NCBI GenBank assembly: GCA_965200965.1
Contig: OZ241744.1
Location: forward strand, 3,456,001 to 3,520,000
Direction of reading: 5' to 3'
DNA from: an uncultured Candidatus Binatia bacterium
Lineage (GTDB): Bacteria > Desulfobacterota > Binatia > Bin18
DNA: 64,000 nt
The notes below the pieces were generated by a model that was given only the letters and a program-made list of their open reading frames with translations, was not told the origin of the DNA and searched no databases. This document shows, piece after piece, positions 48,836-58,214 of the stretch (position 1 is its first letter; each line of letters starts with the position of its first letter). Both the position numbers and the translations under genes were made by a program.

Positions 48836-50851
48836 TCACTTGGTGCGCTTGGCCGCGGCGGCCTTCTGACGCGTTCGCCTTGGGGCTGGGCTTTTGACGC
48901 TGCCGGTCTGGCGTGTGTCATAGCCGTCAAGGCGTTCAAGAGCCTGTTTGAAGCCGTCGGAACGAATCACCCCGATCAGTTTTTGGCCGGTGTCGCTCTT
49001 GAAGAAGTCTGTGAGAAAAATGAGGTCATAGTCTTCGCGTTCGACTGGGATGAAGTCGAGGCCGAGGGCTTTGGCCGCGGACTTGACCCCTAGCCCGGTG
49101 TCGGCCAGCCGGCTGGCTACGGCTACGGCCACCGCCATGTGGGTCACTGCTTCGTGCTCGTAGCCCTGAATGGCGTTTGGCTTGATGCCAAGTCTGGCCA
49201 GTTTGTAGTCAAGCAAAATCCGTGTGCCGGCCCCGGGCTGGCGGTTGACGAAGCTCAGCTCTTTGCGGGCCAAGTCCTTGATGCCGCGCAGCTTTTTTGG
49301 ATTGCCTTTGGGCACAATCAGGCCCTGCTCGCGGATCACCAGGTTCAGCACTACGACCTTGGACACCAGACCCTGCTTTTTGAGGTCGGGCAGGTTGTAG
49401 GTCCCGCTGGTCGGGTCGAGCAGGTGGCTGCCGATGATATGCGCTTCGCCGCGTTTCAGAGCTAGCAGGCCGCCCAGCGAGCCAACGCTGCTGGCCGAAA
49501 TTTTGAAGCCCGGATACTGCCCCCGCAGCTGATCGTCAAGCACGCCAATGCTGAGGTCATGGCTGCCGGTGAACAGAATAGTCCTGGCAATCTCCTCGGC
49601 CGGACGTAAAAGTTCGATCGGTACTTCCTGGCCGGCGTTCAGGCCTTCGTCAAGCGGGGGGATGCGCAGCACCCCGTCGGCCTTGACCATAGTTGTAATC
49701 ACCCCGGCCCCACGACCGAGCGGATTGGCAATCAGCCGCTCGCCAACCTGGCCCAGGCTGACCCGCACAAATTCTTCCAGACCCAGCCGTGAGGGGACCT
49801 TGCGCGGCAGAACGGCCCGCAGCGTGGGCGGCTCTTCGGCCACCCGACCCAGCAGGTGGGCTAACAGCGGGCGGAGAATCTGCTGACAGATGACCACCGC
49901 GGACACCGGGTAGCCGGGCAGACCAACCACCGGCTTCCCGTTCACAATGGCCAGGATGGCCGGTTTGCCGGGCATAACGTCGATGCCGTGGGCCAGGACC
50001 TCGCCGACCGACTCCAAGGCGCACAGGGTAAAATCGTGTTCACCGGCTGAGGAGCCGGCAATGATGATGGTGACATCGCCCTCTGCGGTCGATTTTTTGA
50101 GCGCGGCGATAATTGTGGCCAACTCATCCACGACCCGGGGCTGACGCTGCGGTGTGCCGCCCCACTCTTCGATAAACGCCCCGGCCACCCGCGAGTTAAA
50201 CTCGATAATTCGCCCCGGCTTGGCCGGCTCGCCCGGTTCAATCAGTTCTGAGCCAGTCGGAATGATGCCAACCCTGGGCCGGGCCAGGACCGGAAGCGTG
50301 GTGTGGCCGGCGGCTAACAGGGCACCGAGGTCATAGGGCCGCAGGGTGTGGCCGCGCGGCAACAGCGGCTCGGTGGCGACTATGTCCTCGCCGACCAGGC
50401 GGACGTGTTGCCAGGGCGTTGCGGCGTCCCTGATCTCCACCTCGGTCTCGCTCTTTTTGAACACCCGCTCGATCATGATGACCGCATTGGCCCAGGCCGG
50501 CAGCGGGCTGCCGGTGTCCACATACTGGAAGGGGCGGCTGTGGCTGGGCTTGAGCCGCCTGGCCTTGACCGCGGTCAGGCTGAGGGCCGAGAACTCACTC
50601 GCCCCAAAGGTATCCTCGGCGCGTACCGCAATGCCGTCCATAGCCGCCCCGTGGTAGTGGGGGGCGGACAGCCGGGCGAAGACAGGGCCGGCGGTGGTGC
50701 GGCCCAGGGCGTTTTCCACTGCTACCGTTTCTGCCCGCTGCAAGGGCGCAACAGTGTCGAGGAGGAGCGTCAGGGCTTCGCCCAGCGGTTTCTTTTGCAG
50801 ATAGCGCTTGCGTTCCGGGCTGCCTGACTGATGGGGCTGGTGCTGTGGCAT
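48836..50851 (-). CDS. moeA: Molybdopterin biosynthesis MoeA with C-terminal PBP-like domain
   Basis: AAMDGIAV, PTGSEL, GLPGYPVS; C-terminal GSHD, GSLGGL, FVNRQPGAGTR. Confidence 0.9.
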   Translation of the reverse strand: MPQHQPHQSGSPERKRYLQKKPLGEALTLLLDTVAPLQRAETVAVENALGRTTAGPVFARLSAPHYHGAAMDGIAVRAEDTFGASEFSALSLTAVKARRLKPSHSRPFQYVDTGSPLPAWANAVIMIERVFKKSETEVEIRDAATPWQHVRLVGEDIVATEPLLPRGHTLRPYDLGALLAAGHTTLPVLARPRVGIIPTGSELIEPGEPAKPGRIIEFNSRVAGAFIEEWGGTPQRQPRVVDELATIIAALKKSTAEGDVTIIIAGSSAGEHDFTLCALESVGEVLAHGIDVMPGKPAILAIVNGKPVVGLPGYPVSAVVICQQILRPLLAHLLGRVAEEPPTLRAVLPRKVPSRLGLEEFVRVSLGQVGERLIANPLGRGAGVITTMVKADGVLRIPPLDEGLNAGQEVPIELLRPAEEIARTILFTGSHDLSIGVLDDQLRGQYPGFKISASSVGSLGGLLALKRGEAHIIGSHLLDPTSGTYNLPDLKKQGLVSKVVVLNLVIREQGLIVPKGNPKKLRGIKDLARKELSFVNRQPGAGTRILLDYKLARLGIKPNAIQGYEHEAVTHMAVAVAVASRLADTGLGVKSAAKALGLDFIPVEREDYDLIFLTDFFKSDTGQKLIGVIRSDGFKQALERLDGYDTRQTGSVKSPAPRRTRQKAAAAKRTK

Positions 50852-50854
50852 GGC

Positions 50855-52129
50855 TTAGAACAGAAGGACTTCCACCTCTTCGCCGGCCTCTTTGCCCTCT
50901 TCGTTGTGCGGGATGCGCACCATGCCGTCGGCGCGAACGAGGCTGAAGATGGCACCCGATTTGCCGGGCACGGGCTGGGCCGTCAGGCCGCCGCTCTCGC
51001 CGCTGAGGGTGACCCGGGCGTAGTCTTCCCGGCCCGGGGCGGACGCGATGTTCTGGCTCAGCCGCGCCCGGGTCGTGCGGGCCGGGGCGAACGCGGACTG
51101 GGTCGCTTCCCCGCCCATCATGCGGACCAGCGGTCGGCCAAACAGCGAGAACACGACCAGGGCCGAGACCGGGTGCCCCGGCAGGCCCATGACCGGCTTG
51201 CCGGCAGCTTTGGCAAAGATGGTGGGTTTGCCCGGCGCAATCGAGATGCCGTGAAAGAACAACTCGGAGCGTGGAAAGGCACGGATCACCTCAACTGCCA
51301 TATCTTTTGTGCCGACCGAGCTGCCGCCCGAGATCATCACCACATCGGCCTTTGTGAGCGCCCGGCTCAGGGCCGTCTCAAATGCCGCGCGGTCGTCTTT
51401 AACCACGCCGAGGTCACACAGATCGCCTCCGGCTTGGCGAATCATTGCCCGCAGCGAGTACTGGTTCACATTGCGGACTTGGCCGGGCTTGGGGGTTTTT
51501 TCGGGCGACACAATCTCGTCCCCGGTTGAGATCAAGCCCACCACCGGCCGGCGATAGACCGCCACCTTGGCAATCCCGACCCCGGTCAGTGCCCCGATAT
51601 CCTGGGCGTGGAGACGCCGGCCGGCTGGAAAAATCGGGGCACCTTTCTTAATGTCCTCGCCCACCCGCAAGATGTTCTCCCACGGTGAGGCGCTGCGCTG
51701 GATTTCGATAGTGCCGTCGCCCATCTCTTCGGTGTACTCGACCATGACCATTGCGGTGGCACCGGGCGGCACCATGCCGCCGGTCGAGATACGCATGGTC
51801 TCGCCCTTTTTGAGCCGGTGCGTAGCCTCCTGGCCCATCTCGATCACCCCGACCAGTTTGAGATAGATCGGTAGACTCGGCGAGGCACCAAACGTATCTT
51901 GGGCCCGCAGCGCATAGCCGTCCATATTGGCCCGGTTGAAATGGGGCAGGGCCCCCGGGGCCTTCAGTCCTTTGGTCAAGACCCGCCCGTCGGCGTCCGG
52001 GACCGCGATGGTCTCGCTCTTGGTCAGGGGGGCAAAGGCCGCCAGCCGCTCCCGGGCGTCGGCGCAGCTCACGACCCGAAAAAAGGCTTTGACCGGGGCC
52101 GGCCCTATAGCCGCCGATGTGCGAGGCAT
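50855..52129 (-). CDS. moeA: Molybdopterin molybdotransferase MoeA
   Basis: MDGYAL, ISTGG, STGDEI, SGGSSVG, PGKPT, GLPGHPVS. Confidence 0.93.
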   Translation of the reverse strand: MPRTSAAIGPAPVKAFFRVVSCADARERLAAFAPLTKSETIAVPDADGRVLTKGLKAPGALPHFNRANMDGYALRAQDTFGASPSLPIYLKLVGVIEMGQEATHRLKKGETMRISTGGMVPPGATAMVMVEYTEEMGDGTIEIQRSASPWENILRVGEDIKKGAPIFPAGRRLHAQDIGALTGVGIAKVAVYRRPVVGLISTGDEIVSPEKTPKPGQVRNVNQYSLRAMIRQAGGDLCDLGVVKDDRAAFETALSRALTKADVVMISGGSSVGTKDMAVEVIRAFPRSELFFHGISIAPGKPTIFAKAAGKPVMGLPGHPVSALVVFSLFGRPLVRMMGGEATQSAFAPARTTRARLSQNIASAPGREDYARVTLSGESGGLTAQPVPGKSGAIFSLVRADGMVRIPHNEEGKEAGEEVEVLLF

Positions 52130-52917
52130 GGCAGTTCCCTTCTGACTTTCTCCAGATAATCGCGGTCAATCTCGGCCGTCACCAAGCCCTCTTTGTCTGG
52201 GGCCCGGGCTAGGACCTTACCCCACGGATCAATAATCATTGAGTTGCCGTAGTCGGCAAAGCCATAGACATTCCTGCCGATCTGGTTGGGAGCGATGAGA
52301 TAGCTCTGGTTCTCAATGGCACGGGCGCGCAGCAGGGCTTCCCAGTGGGCTGCCCCGGTCGGGAAGGTGAAGGCGGCCGGCACACAGATGAGTTCAACGC
52401 CTCTGTCGGCCAGCCGACGGTAGAGTTCGGGGAAGCGCAGATCGTAGCAGATCGACAGGCCGACCGTTCCCAGCGCGGTGGTGGCGGTGACGACCTCTTG
52501 ACCCGGTTTTTTGGTGTCAGACTCCCTGATGCTGACCTGACCGGGCAGGTCAATGTCAAACAGATGAATTTTGCGATATTGAGCCAACATGGCCCCGTCC
52601 GGTCCGAACAGCAGGCTGGTGTTATAGGCGCGCTGCTCGGTCGTCTTTTCCAGGAAAGAGCCGGCCAGCAGATGAATGCCCAGGCCGCGGGACAACTCGG
52701 CCAGACGCTCCGAGGTCGGCCCGGGGATGGATTCGAGTTGGGCCGGCTCTTGGTCGCGCGGCCCACGCCAGGCAAACACCTCGGGCAGGACCACCAAGGC
52801 CGCTCCCCGGTCAGCCGCCAGGCGGACAAAGGTTTCGGCCTTGGCCAGATTCTCCTCTTTTGAGCTTGAGGCCGTCATCTGGACGGCTGCGGCCAGATAC
52901 GATCGAGGTCCTCCCAT
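52105..52917 (-). CDS. Carbon-nitrogen hydrolase (Nit1-like)
   Basis: LPE, YRKIHLFD, ICYDLRFPE catalytic triad; RARAIENQ. Confidence 0.93.
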   Translation of the reverse strand: MGGPRSYLAAAVQMTASSSKEENLAKAETFVRLAADRGAALVVLPEVFAWRGPRDQEPAQLESIPGPTSERLAELSRGLGIHLLAGSFLEKTTEQRAYNTSLLFGPDGAMLAQYRKIHLFDIDLPGQVSIRESDTKKPGQEVVTATTALGTVGLSICYDLRFPELYRRLADRGVELICVPAAFTFPTGAAHWEALLRARAIENQSYLIAPNQIGRNVYGFADYGNSMIIDPWGKVLARAPDKEGLVTAEIDRDYLEKVRRELPCLAHRRL

Positions 52918-53011
52918 AGCGAGCCCTCCTCAGCCCAGAGGCTAGCGAACCGCTCCCGGTGGGTCAAGCCAAGACGGCCGCGCCATGCGGTCTTCAAACC
53001 CGAGTCCTCCG

Positions 53012-53155
53012 CTTGAGGCTTTGGACGAACGGTTTGGCGAGGTCCCGGCCCCCCTCGCCGAGACAATCCAACAGCTTGAAGACCGTGACCAGTTGGTCGC
53101 CTCCTGCGTCAGGCCATCCCTTGCGTCTCCTTGGACGAATTCACCGCCCCCCTAG
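53012..53155 (+). pseudogene. Frameshifted fragment of a DUF4351/Rpn-type C-terminal domain
   Basis: LEALDERFGEVPAPLAETIQQLEDRDQLVA, then in another frame LLRQAIPCVSLDEF; no start codon. Confidence 0.55.
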
Positions 53156-53586
53156 GACTCTGATTGTGTTGCTGGATGTTTCGATTGACCCCTGGCGACA
53201 ATCACATCAAACTCTTTCTTTGTCACCGGCATGACCGACAACCGGCTCTGTTTGATGAGGCCGATGTCCCGCAAGTGGGCGTCCTGTTTGATTTCGCTCA
53301 GGCTGACGGGCCGGGCCAGGGCGTGGACTGGCTCCAGATTGACCACCACCCAGCGATCGTCGTCGGTGCTTGGGTCCTGGTAGGCTTCTCTGGTGACGCG
53401 GGCCACCCCGACCACGGCCAGCCCTTTGTTGCTGTGATAGTACAAGACCCGGTCGCCGACCCGCATGGCCCGCAGATTATTGCGGGCTTGGTAGTTGCGC
53501 ACGCCGTCCCAATAGGTTGAGCCGTCTTGGCAGAAGTGATCCCAGGAGTATTTATACGGCTCCGATTTGACCAGCCAGTAACGCAT
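53152..53586 (-). CDS. EVE domain protein
   Basis: YWLVKSEP, WDGVRNYQARN, YYHS, SRLSVMPV. Confidence 0.95.
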   Translation of the reverse strand: MRYWLVKSEPYKYSWDHFCQDGSTYWDGVRNYQARNNLRAMRVGDRVLYYHSNKGLAVVGVARVTREAYQDPSTDDDRWVVVNLEPVHALARPVSLSEIKQDAHLRDIGLIKQSRLSVMPVTKKEFDVIVARGQSKHPATQSES

Positions 53587-53677
53587 AGCGTCCCCAAACC
53601 TCTTTTTTCGGCGTGTCTAGCATTCTTGACCGCCCCTCGACAAGTGCAGGATGGCTGGAGACGGAAGCGGGTTTGGA

Positions 53678-53706
53678 TTGCCTTTTGCCCTACGGGCCTC
53701 TATAAG
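53678..53706 (+). promoter_or_regulatory. Sigma70-type promoter for the CocE hydrolase
   Basis: TTGCCT-17-TATAAG. Confidence 0.55.
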
Positions 53707-53730
53707 GGGCGGTGAAAAAGGAGGGGTGTC

Positions 53731-55482
53731 ATGCCACACGGCAGTCGTCCACACTACGCGATCCGAACCGAAAAAAATGTTGCGGCCACCATGCGGGACG
53801 GCACTAAGCTGTACGCCGATGTGTACCGACCCGATGCCGAGGGGCGCTTTCCGGTCATCCTGCTCCGCCTGCCGTACGGTAAGCACATGGCAGAACTGTT
53901 CGGCGACCACGAGTATTTTCCGGCCCGCGGCTATGTGGTCATTATCCAGGACGGCCGTGGCCGGTTTGCGTCAGAAGGTGAATACTACGCCCTGATTGAC
54001 GAGGCCCAAGACGGCTACGATACGGTCGAGTGGGCGGCCAGCCTGCCCTACAGCAACGGACTGGTCGGGACCCAGGGCCAGTCCTACCTGGGTGCTACCC
54101 AGTACCAGCTGGCCCCGACCCGCCCGCCCCACCTGCGCTGCGCGTTTCCGGTCTCGGCTGCGGCCGATGCGCACCAGAGCTGGGTGTATCATACCGGGGG
54201 CGCGTTCTCCCTGGGCTGGCAGGTACCCTACGCCATTTTTCTGGCCCGCAACACCATTGACCGCAAGGGTATCAAAGACGAACTGTGGCCGCGCATACGG
54301 CCCAGCCTGGAGCGCTCAATCAATTTTGCCAATCCCCTGACGCCCGAAGCCTACCGCCGTCTGCCGCTGATGAACTGGGCCGACATCTTGGGCGATGTGG
54401 CCCCCTATCTGCGCGATTATCTGACCCACCCCGAGGACGGGCCGTACTGGTGGGCGGTCAATGTCGAACGCCAGCACCACAATATCAACATTCCAATGTA
54501 CCATGTCAGTTCGTGGTACGATATTTTCCTGCGCGACGCCTTCGTCCATTTTTGTGGTCTTCGGTCCCGGGCCATGACGCCCGAGGCGCGCGGCGGACAA
54601 AAGCTGTTGATCGGCCCCTGGGCACACCTGTTTCCGTACACCACGCCAATAAGCGGTGGCACTGGCGATATTGATTTTGGCCCCAACGCGGTGATTGAGT
54701 TGCACGATGTTCAGCTGCGTTGGTTTGACTACTGGCTGAAGGGAATTGACGACGGTATATCGGAAGAAGCCCCGATCCGTCTGTTTGTGATGGGTACCAA
54801 CCAGTGGCGTGACGAGTACGAATGGCCGCTGGCCCGAACCAAGTATGTGCCCTACTATCTCCACAGCGCCGGCCAGGCCAACAGCCTGGACGGTGACGGC
54901 ACGCTCAGCCCCGAGCCTCCGGCTGAGGAGGTCGCCGACCACTTCCGCTACGACCCGGCCGACCCGGTCCCGAGCTGTGGCGGCAATACCCTGATCATCC
55001 CGGTCGGCGTGGCCGACCAGCGCCAGGTCGAAAGCCGCCAGGATGTCCTGGTCTATACCGGCGCGCCGCTGAACGATCCGATCGAAGTAACCGGACCGCT
55101 TACCGTCGTGCTGTACGCCGCCTCGTCGGCACCCGATACCGACTTTACGGCCAAGCTGGTTGATGTCAGACCTGACGGCTACGCCCAGAATATCGCCGAC
55201 GGCATTGTGCGCGCCCGCTACCGGGAGTCGCGGATAAGGCCCACCCTGCTGTCACCCGGCCAGCCGACCGAACTCAGCATCGATCTGTGGGCCACCAGTC
55301 ATGTGTTTCTGCCCGGCCATCGGTTGCGGCTTGAAATTGCGTCAAGCAACTTCCCGCGCTTTGACCGCAACCTCAATACCGGCGGCGATCAGGCCACAGG
55401 AACGACGTTTCAGACTGCCGAGCAAACGGTTTTCCATAACCGGGAGTTGCGCTCGCATATCGTCCTGCCGGTGATTCCCTGA
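53731..55482 (+). CDS. CocE/NonD family hydrolase
   Basis: MRDGTKLYADVYRP, GQSYLG, IGPWAH, SSNFPRFDRN. Confidence 0.93.
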   Translation: MPHGSRPHYAIRTEKNVAATMRDGTKLYADVYRPDAEGRFPVILLRLPYGKHMAELFGDHEYFPARGYVVIIQDGRGRFASEGEYYALIDEAQDGYDTVEWAASLPYSNGLVGTQGQSYLGATQYQLAPTRPPHLRCAFPVSAAADAHQSWVYHTGGAFSLGWQVPYAIFLARNTIDRKGIKDELWPRIRPSLERSINFANPLTPEAYRRLPLMNWADILGDVAPYLRDYLTHPEDGPYWWAVNVERQHHNINIPMYHVSSWYDIFLRDAFVHFCGLRSRAMTPEARGGQKLLIGPWAHLFPYTTPISGGTGDIDFGPNAVIELHDVQLRWFDYWLKGIDDGISEEAPIRLFVMGTNQWRDEYEWPLARTKYVPYYLHSAGQANSLDGDGTLSPEPPAEEVADHFRYDPADPVPSCGGNTLIIPVGVADQRQVESRQDVLVYTGAPLNDPIEVTGPLTVVLYAASSAPDTDFTAKLVDVRPDGYAQNIADGIVRARYRESRIRPTLLSPGQPTELSIDLWATSHVFLPGHRLRLEIASSNFPRFDRNLNTGGDQATGTTFQTAEQTVFHNRELRSHIVLPVIP

Positions 55483-55485
55483 AAT

Positions 55486-56211
55486 ATGAAACAGGAGCCT
55501 GGGGCGCGGCTGCCCGACACCGCGGACAAAGCGGCTGTTGTCCGCGCCATGTTCGACCGGATCGCTCCGCGCTACGACCTCCTGAACCGCCTGATCTCGC
55601 TGTGGCTGGACCAGGGCTGGCGGCGGAGTGCCGTGCGGGCGGCAGAGCTTGGGGCCGACGACCGGGTTCTTGATCTCGGCTGTGGGACGGGAGACCTGAG
55701 TGCGCTGGCCAGTCAGGCGGGTGCCTGGGCGGTTGGGGTTGACTTTGCCGAACACATGTTAGCCGCTGCGCGCCGGCGTCGCATCAGGGCCGACTGGGTG
55801 CAGGCCGACGCCGGCCGGCTGCCCTTTCCGTCGGCCTGGGCCAGCGTGGTGCTGTCCGGCTTTGCGCTGCGCAATTTTGTGTCGATTCCGGCCGTGCTGG
55901 CCGAGTCCGCGCGGGTACTTGGGGCCGGTGGCCGGCTGGTCCTGATTGAGCTTGATACGCCCACCAACGGGCTGATGCGGTGTGCCCATTCCGTGTATTT
56001 CAAGCGACTTGTGCCCCGGCTCGGAGCCTTGCTGTCGGACGCCGCGGCTTACGATTACCTGCCGCGCTCGGTCTCATACCTGCCCACCAGCCAGGAGTTG
56101 AGGCGTTTGATTGAGACCGCCGGGTTTGAGCAGGTCAGCAAACAGCGACTGTGCGCCGGGGCAGCCCAGATTGTCCGGGCGGTCCGCTCTCCGAGCCGCT
56201 TGGTACCCTAA
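55486..56211 (+). CDS. UbiE/MenG family methyltransferase
   Basis: MFDRIAPRYDLLNR, VLDLGCGTG, FALRN, AYDYLPRS. Confidence 0.9.
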   Translation: MKQEPGARLPDTADKAAVVRAMFDRIAPRYDLLNRLISLWLDQGWRRSAVRAAELGADDRVLDLGCGTGDLSALASQAGAWAVGVDFAEHMLAAARRRRIRADWVQADAGRLPFPSAWASVVLSGFALRNFVSIPAVLAESARVLGAGGRLVLIELDTPTNGLMRCAHSVYFKRLVPRLGALLSDAAAYDYLPRSVSYLPTSQELRRLIETAGFEQVSKQRLCAGAAQIVRAVRSPSRLVP

Positions 56212-56296
56212 TCACATGGCGTAAGGGAACGCCAGCCCTTTCGGGGAAAGAGAGTGAGCCAGGAGGAGCGGCCTGTGGTTGGCCGAGGGCTTGACC

Positions 56297-56325
56297 TTGA
56301 TCCTTTCTTCCCAGATGGGTATGCT
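56297..56325 (+). promoter_or_regulatory. Sigma70-type promoter for the porin gene
   Basis: TTGATC-17-TATGCT. Confidence 0.5.
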
Positions 56326-56468
56326 GTTCGCGGCCGTGACGACTACAATGATCTTCAGCCCCTTGAGACCGCCTTGGCCGAGCGACAAGCCCTGACCGGG
56401 GCTGAACCGGAATTGGTGACCGCCCTGCATAGATTTTTCCCTACAGGCGGAGAGAGGAGAAAGCCCAT

Positions 56469-57968
56469 ATGATACGACGACTGCCCGATCTGATCTATGC
56501 GAGGCGACGGCTGGCCGGCGCGTTGCTCGCCGTCTGCCTCCTGGCCGGCCTGCCGCCCCGAGTCCAGGCAGACATGGCCCTGTCTCAGGTTTCCCCCAAG
56601 CTGTCGCTGGCGGCCAGCCTGCGGGTGCGGGGAGAGTTCTGGGACTGGTTTGGAGGATCGTCGGGCAACAATTCCTACGCCTACGCAGCAACCGTTGCCA
56701 AGTTCGGGCTGAAGTGGTCGGATGAACTCTTTGATGTCCATGTGGAAGGCCAGAACACTTCCCTGCTCGGCCTGCCCGACGACGCCACCGGCCCCGCTCC
56801 GCAGGCTGCCTTTGGCCTCGGCCCAGTCTACCGGTCCCACAACCGCCGCAATAATGACTCGGGCGTGTTTCTCAAACAGGCCCACCTGACGCTCAAGCAG
56901 ATGGGCATCCCCGGCCTGACCATCAAGGGCGGGCGGCATCTGATCGCCGAGGGAGCCGAGGTGCTGAGCAAAGACCCGACCATTGACTGGATCAAGCGCT
57001 TTCGCGTCTCACAGCGCTTGATCGGCCCATTTGGCTGGTCGCACACCGGGCGCTCCTACGACGGCTTCACCCTGAGCTATACCAGGGACGCCTATAACCT
57101 GACCGTGCATGGCTCCCACCCGACCCAGGGCGGGTTTGATCTGGCCGGCAACAAGATGATAGACGACATTGACCTGCTGTACACCGGCTTCAACATCACC
57201 CGACCGTCGTTTGCCGCCACCAGCGACGCCCGTCTGTTCTACATCTATTATGCCGATGGACGTGGCCTGCGACCGACCGACAACCGGCCGGCCGCGGTCC
57301 GTGACGCCGACCGCCAGCATATCGCCATCCATACTGCCGGCGGCCACCTCGTCCATGTGCTGCCCACTCCCGCCGGCCCGATTGACCTGATGGGTTGGGG
57401 CGTAGGGCAGGGTGGCGACTGGGGCAAGCAGGACCACGGGGCCTGGGCGTTGGCCTTTGAGGCCGGCTTGCAGCCCCAGACCTTACCCTGGGAGCCCTGG
57501 ATTCGGGTCGGCTATAACCGCAGCTCGGGCGATGACGACCCCAACGACGGCGACCACGAGACCTTCTTTCAGGTCCTGCCCACCGCCCGGGTGTATTCGT
57601 TCAGCACCTTCTACAACCTGATGAATAGCGAAGATGTCTTCGTGCAACTGGTTCTCAAGCCGCTCAAGGGTCTGGTCTGGCGCACCGACTTTCACAACCT
57701 CCGGGTCAGCGAAGACAAGGACCTGTGGTACCAGGGGGCCGGGGCCACCCTCCAGGACCGCCAAGCCGGCTTTGGCTATGCCGGCCGGCCGGTGTTTGGC
57801 AAACGTGACCTGTTCCAGGTTATTGAGACCTCGCTGAGCTACACGGTCAACAAGCACGTCAACGTCAACGTCTTCTTTGCCCATGTGTTTGGCGGCAGCA
57901 TTGTCGATCGGATTTTCACCGGCGACAGTGCCAACTTCGGCTATATCGAGATGACGCTGAAGATCTGA
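56469..57968 (+). CDS. Alginate-export family outer-membrane porin
   Basis: Signal peptide, RLIGPFGWSHTGRSYDG, SGDDDPNDGDHETF, beta-strand C-terminus. Confidence 0.82.
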   Translation: MIRRLPDLIYARRRLAGALLAVCLLAGLPPRVQADMALSQVSPKLSLAASLRVRGEFWDWFGGSSGNNSYAYAATVAKFGLKWSDELFDVHVEGQNTSLLGLPDDATGPAPQAAFGLGPVYRSHNRRNNDSGVFLKQAHLTLKQMGIPGLTIKGGRHLIAEGAEVLSKDPTIDWIKRFRVSQRLIGPFGWSHTGRSYDGFTLSYTRDAYNLTVHGSHPTQGGFDLAGNKMIDDIDLLYTGFNITRPSFAATSDARLFYIYYADGRGLRPTDNRPAAVRDADRQHIAIHTAGGHLVHVLPTPAGPIDLMGWGVGQGGDWGKQDHGAWALAFEAGLQPQTLPWEPWIRVGYNRSSGDDDPNDGDHETFFQVLPTARVYSFSTFYNLMNSEDVFVQLVLKPLKGLVWRTDFHNLRVSEDKDLWYQGAGATLQDRQAGFGYAGRPVFGKRDLFQVIETSLSYTVNKHVNVNVFFAHVFGGSIVDRIFTGDSANFGYIEMTLKI

Positions 57969-57980
57969 CATCTGACACAG

Positions 57981-58020
57981 ATCATACAGCCCGCCGGGCT
58001 CCTCCCACGGGCTGTATGAT
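57981..58020 (+). terminator. 13-bp inverted repeat after the porin gene (terminator or stabilising hairpin)
   Basis: ATCATACAGCCCG / CGGGCTGTATGAT; only a weak U-tract. Confidence 0.5.
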
Positions 58021-58155
58021 GCCCCTTTCGTAGACAGTTTTCCGCCCTCCTGCTTCCCTACCAACACCCCCGGACCCCTGCCCCTCCGCCTCTCCCTTGA
58101 AGAAAGGCTTTGTTTTGCCGTGTCTTTCGGGCTTGCGGCTCTCCGCCCCGCGGCT

Positions 58156-58171
58156 TGGCACACGAATTGCA
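58156..58171 (+). promoter_or_regulatory. Sigma54 (-24/-12) promoter of the cyanate operon
   Basis: TGGCAC-ACGAA-TTGCA, exact consensus, ~45 nt upstream of ATG 58215. Confidence 0.85.
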
Positions 58172-58214
58172 TGTTCTATCTGGTGACAAATTCCAGCCCT
58201 TGGAGGTTGCCAGT

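Noticed and set aside
55480-55488. Readthrough of the CocE TGA into the in-frame methyltransferase
   Set aside because: Both proteins are complete on their own and no SECIS-like stem is evident
56254-56472. 72-aa ORF before the porin
   Set aside because: No recognisable motif; overlaps the predicted promoter and leader
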